This document shows, one piece after another, positions 22,776 through 33,836 of a DNA stretch of 64,000 bases. Numbering within the stretch: the stretch's first letter is position 1; each line of letters begins with the position of its first letter. Source of the DNA: Rhodosorus marinus CCMP1338 (lineage: Eukaryota; Plantae; Rhodophyta); contig JAMWBK010000004.1 of the NCBI GenBank assembly GCA_029953675.1, positions 2,976,001-3,040,000 on the forward strand, given 5' to 3'. A model generated the notes under the pieces. It saw nothing but the letters and a program-made list of their open reading frames with translations. It was not told the DNA's origin and did no database searches. A program made the translations under genes and the position numbers.

Positions 22776-25700
22776 CTATTCCTCTTCATAATCAACTTGA
22801 ATCTCTTCGCTCTCGTTCACCCCTGCTGCAGCGTACTGCTGAAGGTTTCCGTCCTCGGCGTCTTTCTCTGCAGCGTCCTCAGGTAAATCTCCTTCCGACT
22901 CCTTCCCGCCAGGCCTGACATGCGAATGATATCTGTGTTAGGGATCGAGCTGTTGCAAACTACCTGAAGGAAATCCTAGAGAACCTTACAGCTGGGGCAG
23001 CGAATAGATAGATATTCCGCGAAAACGACCTACCATGTCAACGAAACATCTGTACCAAGTTGAGCGGGTCCCTGCTTCATTGCAGCCTCGGCTGCAGCAC
23101 GAGATTGAAACTTTATCATGAACGCGCCGTCCCCGGCGGGCTCTATGGTCTCCACGTTCTGAAATCCCCCCCTGATTCTCGTTCTCGAAGCTCCTGAATC
23201 CTCCCCGACGCCCTGGATCTTCACGACAGAAGTGCGATGTGGAGGGCTGAGGTTAGATATATCTACTCACTACTGAAACACTGGAACATGCGAACGTACC
23301 AGCAGTTCGCGAGGTCTAAGGTCCAAGGACATGTTACCAGGTGCAAAAGGTGCAGCATGAAAACCACGCCCTCTCCCACGCCCTCGGAAACCTCCTCTGT
23401 AGGGATAGGATGAACCCCTACCTCGAAACTTACCCCGCCCCCCTCTGTGAGTAGAGGTGCCTAACACATTACAAAGCCGGACTTAGTGACGAGTTTCCTC
23501 CCCTTCGCAACTTGTGTGCAATCGGTGTGTTCCACCGTCCCTGGTGCTTGGAGAACCCCAAGCAACTCACTTGTAACAGAAGGATCTATGCCAAGGTCCT
23601 CAGCTTCCCTCTTCAGAGCTGTCAATTTTGCTTCCAACGCATCCAGATTCGAACCTTGCGCTCGCTGCGGCTTGGGTTTACTGTTTTGAGTTTCCAAGCT
23701 TGCAGCAATCTGCTTCAGCTCCTCGACCACCTTCTTTTTCTCCTCCGGCGTCATAGTCTCCTTGCCGTTCTGTTCGAAACGATACAAACGAGTTCTTAGA
23801 GAAAGTCCCGTATTACAAACTGACGGACAGAGCAGAGCCGCTTACCTCAAGCAACTGAATCTTTTTCATTTGCTCAATAACAAGCCTCTTCTTGTTGTCG
23901 GAGTCCACCTTCTCCTTCTCCACCTTCCGCTTTTTCTGTTCCTCCCGCACAGCAAGCAACTCCTTTCTCTTCCTTGCGTTCACTTCCTCGGGGCTTTCCT
24001 TCGGGGCTTCATTCGCTTCCGGATTCGCTTCGTTCTGCTGCGCTCCATCCCCTCCCGTATCGCCAGCCACTGCCTCGCCACCCTCGTGCTCCATGTGGTA
24101 ATCCGCTCGCTTTGGTCCCCTGTAGAGCAAAAGATCAGAACCTCGTTTAATCAGGGCATCGAGATTGCAGCTACTAACTAGATTACATTGTATCATCTCT
24201 CACCCATAAACGAAAGCATCGCCTCGACCCCTTCCTCTTCTGCCTCTTCCGCGGCCTCGCATCCCACCGTCGAATGGCCTTTGGGAATCAGCGCCTTGGT
24301 TCTGCGGCATACCTTCGGCAGGGTTTTGAGCATTGTAGTCACCATCACGCGCCCAATGCAATCGGACATGCCTGTTACCCATCACTGCTTCAACACTGTC
24401 CATGGCTTTCTGCGCCTCTTCGTGCGTTGAAAATTCAATAAAGGCCCTGCGGGAACGATGCGGGATACGTCGTTAGTCCTAATTGACGTGCGCATCATCA
24501 CCATACGCACAAAACGTTACACTTGTCTTGCCAAGCAAATGTCGTACCTTTCTGGATTTGCGGGAGGTCGGAGCTGGATGTTGGAGACGTTCCCAAACTT
24601 TGAAAAATATTCGGCAATGGCAGGAAGTTTCAGGCTCTCCGGGGGAAGATTCCTCACAAGGAGTGTTGTTCCTTTCTGCATGTTGGCGGGACGCACGGAA
24701 TCGTTGGCACTACCTTGCATAGCTCCACGTGGGATTTGCCCTCTGCCCCTGCGTGCAGGTTGAAAATGCTTTAGACTCTGGATATCCTACATCACAACGT
24801 GCAGTGAACGTCGCTGTGGGTTTCACCTTCCTCGAGGGACAAAAGGTTCCCTCGTCTGGCCTCGCCTGCGGCTGGGGTCTGCTATCATATCCTTCCTCTC
24901 TGAGTCCTTTGTTGGAGATGCGAGCGGAAAGGCGAGGGCGGGAATGAGCATGGAAATCTTGACTCAACTCACTCACCTTAATTAAACTAGTCCTGTGACA
25001 AAGGGGTTAGGGGGTACTTCAATACTTCGCCTACCTGAACCCCGGGCAGAAATCCGGCTCCAGTTCCGAACGGAACACCTAGAAACGGGTTTGGTGGAGG
25101 TATGCCAGCGTTTGGATTGCCCTGCTGAGCTGCAGCCATGGCCATCATTTCCATCAAGGCTGGGGGGAATCCGCCAAGAGCCATAGGGGGAAACGGCGGT
25201 TGACCAGGAGGAACTACTTCGTTCTTTCCTCGGTCGCCGTCGTTTCGCTGTCTCTTTCTATCTCCTTCTCGGTTTTCACGCTGATCTCGACCGTCTCTCC
25301 CTCTTGATTTGTCCAACTCCGTACGAGCATCGCGCGTTTGTCGGCTTTCCCGGTTTTCTCGATTGTTTCCGCCTCTAGATTCGCTCTCACGCCGAGAACT
25401 TTTCCCTCGACTGTCCAAGCAGAAAGACGGATTACAAAAATTGGAATGTGAGATAGAGGAAACCCAAGAGAAACAACGCGTCTGTGGTTTTTATGCACAA
25501 CGGTTTGCATACCGGTCCTCGTCGGAAGTCTTCGGAGCGTCCTGTAGGTCAACTCCAAACCTCTCAGATCTTCTTCTGCGCTTTTCTTCTTCTTCTTCTC
25601 GCCGATTGCGACCGGCGGTCTCATCCACGAGATCAGGTTCCGGAGTCACTTCATTAGTATCCTCATCAGGGCTAGGCGATGGTTCCGCCTCTATTCCCGT

Positions 25701-26152
25701 TTCAGGCCCTGTCCTGAGAGGGTTTTTAACAAGTTCTTTAAACAGCGAGTCTACGAACGTGGTAGTATCGTCTCCGAGAAAATCCGCCAAGTCATCAACG
25801 CATTTTCCTGCAAAACGTGTGGGATATAACGTTTCAGTATAGAAGCAACGGGGGCAAGTGTATCCCGCAAGGTATGGGGCGTCAAACATTAAAGTTGAAT
25901 CACGGCCTCTCAATCTGATATCAACGAAAGGACTAACACTACACATTTACAAACCCTGTCGATTTTAAAAGGTATACCTTTGATAGTAGCGTTAGTTTCG
26001 AACCCTGGATCATCCAGCGCGTAGGTCTCCAGAAGCGCGATGATATACTTCGCCAACGCATCGGCTTCACCTTCAAAGGATCCTTTCAAGAGCTCCTGGC
26101 TCATCCATTCCATAAGCTTAGGATTCTGGACAACAATCTCCTCCTCCGCCAT
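22776..26152 (-). CDS. RBM26: RNA-binding protein RBM26/RBM27 family (PWI + 2 RRM + RGG), multi-exon
   Basis: PWI (EADALAKYIIALL...DFLGDDTTTFVDSLF); RRM1 (TLLVRNLP...YFSKFGNV...AFIEFSTHEEAQKAMDSVEAVMGNRHVRLHW); RRM2 (FMIKFQSRAAAEAAM); acidic C-terminus. Confidence 0.88.
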
Positions 26153-26859
26153 GGTAGCTTCCTTTCTCGCTACCAGCCCAACACCCTCACGATCCCAATA
26201 CCCTCCCTAACAACACAAGACAGCATTCCCCGTCTCCTCAATCAAAAACACCCAACAGCCCCCGACGCTTTAGCTACCAACAACAGTCTACAGTCTCTAC
26301 CATAAGACTTCAACCTCTCAAAACAAAAGCTCGGCTACCCTCTGCCTCCCACCTATCTTCTCACTACTAACTCCATCTCACTCCAAGAGCAGCAAACACT
26401 TGCTTTTTCGATTCGTACCCGAAAGCCTCTTGGAACATTCGCCAAAACGTATGGCCCGTGCTAAATCTTGGCGCATGTTCCCGTGGAAACTGGCCCTTCA
26501 AAATATATATTTATTCAATATCACCCCTTACCCTGTGCTTTAAAAAAAACCCCGCGGAAAATGGAGACTGTGGACATGTTCTTAATTAAAGATATTGGAA
26601 TATTGCTTCAATATTTGAAGGACTAAAGTATTGCGCAGTCTCAGAAATAGATACTTGGCGTTCTAAATATATCTCTGGATCGGTACCGCGTAGAACAAGG
26701 ACCATTTGGTCCGTGCACGGATGAAGTTGCTTTATGCTCTTCGGGGAAGCGCTGTCAACGGCATCGGAGGTCGGAGGACATGGGAAGGGACGATGAGCGA
26801 CTTGAAGGTTAAAGCTGCTTGTTGATGTACGACAATGACCAGTAAATAGGTCCTTAAAG

Positions 26860-27881
26860 ATGTCATCAAGACGAGCAACGCCGTTTTTGTATGTTAATTT
26901 AGGATGTGAGTACTTATTTCTTTTGGACAGTCGGCTGCGATCGATGCCGGATGTTCCAGCCAAGAAGGCAGATGAAGGTATGTTCGTACATTCTTTGTTC
27001 TCAAGCGTATTATATCTCTCATGTATTGTGCTGAATGTGTATGCGTCGTCTCGGAAGTCATTGTGGATTGCGCGATTGCCCTGTTCGAGGAGAACGTGTT
27101 GGAGAAAATCTTTACTGAACAGTCCCTTTTTGAGTCTGATGAGATCCAGCGGATCTTCTCGCTTGTTGGAAGGTCACCCTCATTACGGATTGATGAAACG
27201 AACATGGCAAAAGTACACCATCTTCCCCTCCAGAGCTGAGCAAGACGCTCGAGGCCCATGGTTGTTCTGACCAAACCTGTTTCGTTGTTGCTCTTGGTTT
27301 ACAGATTTTTCAAATTATCTGTATGGTTACGAAAGCAAATATACTTTATTTAAGGAAACCTCTCGACATGTTCAAGTTCTTTGACAAGCACATGTCCGAA
27401 CTGAGTGCCGTGCTTGAGAAAACGAGCCTCGGAGAGGAAGTACAAGATACTCTCGTGGACATGAGGAAACGATTTCGGCGAGTAAGGAAGTCGCAGGCAT
27501 TCTCGAGCGAACCTTGATATCTCTCTGCTTTATACGTGCCGTATAAGACCTGACGGACATTGTTCTTCCGGAATTTAACCGATCTTCGTCCTGACTGTCT
27601 AGTGGTACTTGGACATCACTCCCGGGGCGTTCCAGCGTATCCGGATGACGATCCTTACCCGTATGTACTTGATGCATTCACCAGTAAGCGTTTTATTGGA
27701 CAGCAAGATCCAGCATGAATCAGGTTGCTTGCATGCCCCAACATCCGGAGAATCAATCGAGCTCCTGGGCGAAGCGAAAGTGTATAGTAGAGATAACAAG
27801 ACCATTTTGACGGGGTATTCCGTCTCTGTTGCCGGAAGAAACATCGTTGATAAGGAGTTTCCAGTTGGCACTAATTTGTAA
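26860..27881 (+). CDS. OSCP1: OSCP1 (organic solute carrier partner 1) family protein, multi-exon
   Basis: N-terminus MSSRRATPFLYVNLGCEYLFLLDSRLR matches the OSCP1 pattern MSVRTLPLLFLNLGGEMLYILDQRLR. Downstream exons keep the family layout; ends PVGTNL*. Confidence 0.85.
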
Positions 27882-28621
27882 GTGAGCGAGACCGAGTCCT
27901 CATGGGCTAGGTGCGGATACGCATGGGTCGCTTAGTTCAGCATTGGGTTTTGTGATCAAATCGAAAGGTTTTTGAGTGACAGTGAAAAGGCTTCTACAGT
28001 AGTTCCTGTTCTTCGGAGAATTGCGAACTCTTTGCAGTCGAAAGTGTCGCGGCGGAGCGCTCCATATGAAGAAGGAGCACGGAAAGATCGTTCTACAAAA
28101 CTTCGGTCTGATCCCGTCCGTGCGGAAGGCGGGCGCACCAGGCTGGAGGCAGACTCACGGACTAGGGGTACAGGGGAACAGGAAGAGCATGAAGATCCAG
28201 AGCTGCAGGAGTTGCTGGAAAGCTTCGGAACATAGTAGCCGTCGACTTGATTGAAGCACACCTGGAAATTTCCCCAGCTTTTGGAGTTGAAGCGAATCTT
28301 GAACCATGCGTGCGGAGTGAGCCGGGCTCCCGCGAAGGAACAAACGAGGGCGTATTGCGATTCGCTCGTGGCTGGGTCAACCTACCGCTCTTCAACTCTG
28401 TTCACAGACCAGCTCTTCCACTGGACGAAGTACGGATGAGTTAGAATAGAAGGATATCCAGATCTGAACTCCGAAGGCGGCCGTTCAGTTGAACTAGTCC
28501 CTGGTTCTCCGACCGGAATTTCTTTAACGCTGCGCGGAATGAGCTTTACTGCGCAAGCTGCGAGTGAGGTTCATAAAGATTCTACAATAAACATCAAGTT
28601 TGTACTTTTATAACCGAAAAC

Positions 28622-29073
28622 CTACTCCTCTGCCACTGGCTCAGCCTTCTCGGTCACGACGTAATAAGGAGGAAGCCTACATGGACATCATCGATTGTCA
28701 ATATTCAGTGCCATGCCTATGACAATCACAACGAAAAATTGGGAAAACGAAAACAAACTTACGAAGGGTCGGCAAGGGGATTAACAGCGTATTCGGGCTT
28801 CTTCCTATTGATATCGTAGTTCGAGCGCTTCTTCGGGCGATACCTATCGTGCTTTTTCGCTCCTTTCTTCTGAACGTGATGAGCCATCTGAATAACTCCC
28901 TAACTCGCAGGAAAAAAGAGAGCACAAAACCACGCAAAACGCGTTTAAAAATCACTACCAAAATCTCTCCGCCATCATCGGGAACACAAATCTCGATCAA
29001 ACCCCACCTTTCTATTGCATACAGTCGCATTCCCTGAAGAGAACCGAATCCCGGTAGACGACACGAAAGCCAT
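28622..29073 (-). CDS. PSRP6: Plastid-targeted protein resembling plastid-specific 50S ribosomal protein 6 (PSRP6/cL38), 3 exons, 85 aa
   Basis: Exons 29008-29073, 28763-28899 and 28622-28676 with canonical GT-AG introns. Product has an MAFV transit peptide and QKKGAKKHDRYRPKKRSNYDINRKKPEY. Confidence 0.7.
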
Positions 29074-30598
29074 TATTCCTTTTTCTCAACAATACAAGTT
29101 GCAACTCTAGCTCAATCTTCCCAACAAAAATTCTGCCACATCCAAGCAATCCCTTCACCAAACCCGAAACCCTGGCCATCCTCAACACAAGCCAAAAAAA
29201 AAAAAACCACCAAAATGCCCCTGAACCGTCGCGATGAAATTTTTTCTTTACCATCTACCCCTGTTGCGAATTCTTAAAGATTCTTATCCTCCGTTTTATC
29301 GTACCCCTAGACCTACAATGCTATTTCATTTTATCATAATTTAAAATTAAAAGAGGGTGTTTACTTGAGAAGTCAGATTCCATCTCTTCTGATCTAGCTC
29401 AATTAATAGAATCTGGAAAGGGGTATAACGAATTTTGTTCGTCGCCGATGACTCGAAAATGACGTTAAATTAAGGCTTGCTCGAGATTTTGGTTTTTGGA
29501 AAATTTAGGGGAGTCAATCTCACGAGCCGGGAATATTGAATTTTGGAGTTTTTTGCTTTCCTTTTTTAGTACGTGTTGTTTGTTGGAAAAGTTTCCGTTT
29601 GAGATTGGTTTTGTGTGGGAGTGTGGGCTGGTGTAGTCGTTGAGCTCTCTCAACGAGAGATTCCATCATAGCGATGGAGCATTTCCGCTTTTCTGCTTTT
29701 TTTTTTGTTTCTTGCCTGGATACAGATCAAGAAGGGCGAGAGTCAGGTTTTCACTTGATATCCGGAAGGCGCTTGCGGGTTTGGATCGCAGATCGCCACC
29801 CCGGAGTGTAGCCTTGAGAGAGAAATTTCGCATGCAATGACAGAATTGATCATGTCCCGTTCTACTATGCTGAGGTTCCGCTTCTGCACAGGTGTTTCAT
29901 TTTGTGCCTGTGAAACTGTGGGAAGAGTCGGATGCGCGGGTATCACAATGAGAAGCTCCCCGTGCAAAAGGAAGTGGGCCCTGGTCGATTTTTCGAGCCT
30001 GGCAATCTGTGGGATCCGTTTCGCTTTTGAGATAGGCTTGCTTTACATCCGAATGCGTACTAGAGCTCTTAGCTCTTGGTCACCTTCACGGTTACCACAG
30101 GTTGCATGATAGTCAAAAGCACCGGCAGTGGCGGAACACCCGACCTTATAATAGTTCGTCGACGAAAGGGAGCAGCGGATCAGGGCTGGCCTCTCAATCA
30201 TGAATTGGAATTGCACGTTAGTACCCGGTTTCCGAGCTCTTGAGTTGTTTTGCTTCTGCAGACATAATGCGAATATCCAAAAATGCGTTGGAGGCATCTT
30301 CCTGCAAGATTGCTTCCGATATTGTTGCTCGTTCACGAAAAGATAGGACTGATGACTTTCTCTGTCGGATTACTCCCACAAACGTCTTTGCGCACCACCA
30401 GCTATCTATTGTTCCCAGCACCTCAGCGCACGGTCTACGATTGAGCCTTGCGATTGCCGGCGCTACCAGTATGCTTGGCAAGCTGAGACCTGGCGAAGAG
30501 CGTCTATCGACTAATACTTAGTCCCTCATAGTAGATCGACTGAGAAGCAAGGGAGTATGCCGCTGGGGTGTTAAAGTTCATTCCTGGTAGCGCTAAAT

Positions 30599-32334
30599 AT
30601 GTTGTACTTCGTTAATGGTTCAGGTGTGCTTCCACACCGGGCGCTATGTCGGCAGAGAAAATGCCAGCTACGAATGAGCGCAATTGAGACTATTGAGAAG
30701 GGTGGGATCACCTCAGCAACCGGTTTCAGCGCGGCAGGTATTACCGCGGGACTAAAACCCTCTGGAGCAAAGGATCTTGCAGTGTTGTGTTCTGATAGAG
30801 TAAGTACAACCCGATCATCCTGTATCCCAGAGTTGATCGATGCCGCATGTCTGAGCAATGTCTGGAATAACTTGGATGCCTTCACATTCTTCAGCTTGCG
30901 ACAGCCGCGGGGACTTTCACGAAGAACGTTGTCTGTGCACCACCGGTTACAGTATGCAAGGGCAAACTTGAAGCTTCTGAAGGCATTGCAAGAGCGATCG
31001 TCGTCAACTCCGGTCAGGCCAATGCTGCAACGGGTGTCGAAGGAACCCAGAATGCTTTAAGAACTGCGGACGTAGGTGCTTCCAACCTCTGTTATCATTT
31101 GGTCAGTGCCCTGATCCTAAGGATTCCTTCTGGTCCGATTGCGAACAGGAAGCAGCGAGGATCCTGGGGGAGGAGGCAAAGCATGTGCTTGTAGCTTCCA
31201 CGGGAGTTATTGGACGTCAGATTAACATGGAGAAGATGGTTGCTGGAATTTCGGAGGCATGCAAGTAAGCTCAAGAGCCGAGGAAATCTAGTGACCAGGT
31301 CTGTGGACTCATTCTGGTCATTTGACGTGGGTGCACAACAGGCAAATGAGTCCTGATGGCGGTGATGATGCTGCGAAGGCCATTATGACAACCGATCTTA
31401 TAGACAAGCAGATTGCCTACAAGGTGAAACTGAGCTCGGGCACAGTAATTGTTGGCGGTATGTCAAAAGGTTCAGGAATGATCCATCCAAACATGGCGAC
31501 TATGCTGGGATTCGTTACGTCAGACGCTGCTGTGGAATCTGGAACCTGGTCAAAGATCGTTAAGGAAGCCTCGCAGAAATCGTTTAACCAGATCACGGTG
31601 GATGGAGATACATCCACGAACGACTGCCTCATCGCGCTCACAAACGGTGCTTCTGAAGTGGTAGCAGACACTCAGGAGGATCTAAATCTACTCACGGAAA
31701 CGGTGACAAAATGCTGCCAGCATTTGGCAAAGGCCATCGCCCGGGACGGAGAAGGAGCCACTGTCCTTCTTGAGATTAAGGTGCGTCATTTCAGTTCAGG
31801 CATGTTCGCTCCTCGTCCGGAGTTAACCGTGATTTTAACAGATAATCTTACCCGGCGATCACACCTACTACAGGTCTCAGGAGCGGCCTCGGACGAAGAC
31901 GCATGCTTGGTTGCTAGAACGGTGGCTGGAAGTAGCCTTGTGAAGAGCGCGGTATTCGGTCGGGATCCGAATTGGGGCAGGATCGCTGCTGCAGCTGGCA
32001 GAGCAGGCGTAGACTTTGACGAAAGCGAATTGGATATATTTCTGGGGCCCCATCAGATGATGCAATCTGGTCAGCCTGTTGAGTATGACACCGAGGCTGC
32101 AAGGTATGTACATGTCAGTCAGGCGCGTAATTGCGCAGAGAAGGAGTCTCAAAACCTTCATGTCCAATTTCCCGCAGCAAATACATGGTTGATGCATCCA
32201 AAGGAGAGTACATGTCAGGTGAAGATTCAGTGATAATTACAGTCAGTATTGGAGGCGGCTCTGGGTCAGGAACTGCATGGGGCTGTGATCTCTCCTACGA
32301 TTACGTCAAGATTAATGCTGAGTACACGACTTAA
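30599..32334 (+). CDS. argJ: Plastid arginine biosynthesis bifunctional protein ArgJ (ornithine acetyltransferase), multi-exon
   Basis: MLYFV transit peptide; [35 protein letters not shown] (autocleavage Thr), [44 protein letters not shown]. Confidence 0.95.
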
Positions 32335-33741
32335 AGAAGACCGATCCACTAAAGATAAAATCTGCCGCAAACTTTTTGCTCCTCTTCGTGAAGATCGCTC
32401 AGGGCCTAACAGCTGGTACTGGACAATAGAACGTGCTTTCAATCCCCCAAAGGAGAAGACCGCGATGTCCTAAAACAATTTCGTCGGTCCGCATGAGTCT
32501 CCAGGTTCATATCCGAAAACTCAAACATCTCTGTTTCAAGCCCAGATCAACAAAACGTTTAGAATAAGCGCAAAAAATCATAATTTATCTCCACATCAAA
32601 ACACTACACCGTTCTCCATTGGTCAACTCTTAGTGGCGGTTACTCTTCTTCTAATAAAAACTTAGCACGTGTTGTACCATCCAATGAATAAATTGGAAAT
32701 ATATGATAATCTAACAAAATAGTTTATCTCAAACTGAACCCGTTTGTTCACCAACGAAAATCAAAGAAAGCCGGGTCCTTGTGATTTCGTCTTGTTTTAT
32801 ATTTCTATAATATTTCGAAAGTATTTGGAAAATGAGATTTCGTCCTCACCAGCGGTGAGAAGTATTCACTATTCATGCTAAGGTATTTGTTTTGCGTGCT
32901 CTCCTCGCGCAACGTTTCATTTGTTTCAGGGTTATCCTGGAGTGGAAACTGACTGGATCTGTGCTGATGGTAGATGATTATCTTTTCTTCCTTTTCGTTT
33001 GGTTGGGTTGCTGCAGTTGGCTGCCGAGCTTCAAGAGCGAGCTTGAGCATTTTAACAACTCTATCTTACTTGTGAGCGTAGCTGGGGAAAATAAAGCACA
33101 GAGTTCAGGAGCACAGAGCGTGTTCTCGCCAGGAAGAGGCTAGGGCATCATCTCGAGCTTGAAGAAACTAGAGATGATCAGAAAAAGCAATGGCAGAGGA
33201 ATAGTAATGTACGAATTATACTTGACGTATTGTCGTCGGCCTCTCTAGAGCACAAACAAAGTAGTTCATCATCCTCTCTCCCCCCTTTCACAGTGCGCTA
33301 AGCACGATCACCAGTCTGATCCTGTTCACGCAGGAGGTATACGATTCCCCTGCAGCATTGGCCTTCGTGTACTCGCTTGCTTGGTCACTAAACAAATCAA
33401 CAAAGCAATTCGATAAAATAAAAGAAATCCCTTCCCCCCCCCCCCCAACAAAAGTCAAGTAAATTAGTGCAAAAACAAAGTTATGAAACTGTGAATAACC
33501 CCAGTATTCTTCCAGATCTGAAGATATCACCATTTTTTATATTTATTTAGATCCTTATTCTTCCAAAATGATTCTTCGAAACATCGACGAGGAATTCTGA
33601 GCAGGAACCAAAGACAATTTAGAGAACAAGGGAAGTTCAATTTCTTAGATTTAGCACTCCAAAAAAAAGCACAATCGTGTGTGGAATTTCATTTAGGAGA
33701 AAGATGTCTTTTTTGGCGTTCGGAGGGGTTGACTTTTTGGT

Positions 33742-33769
33742 GGGGGGGGAGGGGGGGAGAGGGGCAGGG
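33742..33769 (+). promoter_or_regulatory. G-quadruplex-forming motif G8-A-G7-AGA-G4-CA-G3 in the TPS 5' region
   Basis: Four G-runs with 1-3 nt loops, about 70 nt upstream of the ATG. Function is inferred. Confidence 0.4.
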
Positions 33770-33836
33770 AGATTTGGACTGAGGAATCTTAGGCGGAGAT
33801 GAAAATTTCGCACGCATAGCAATAAAGGAATTCTGT

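Noticed and set aside
27972-28439. + strand ORFs downstream of OSCP1
   Set aside because: Non-ATG or short, with no motif. They lie in the convergent 3' region between OSCP1 and the PSRP6-like gene.
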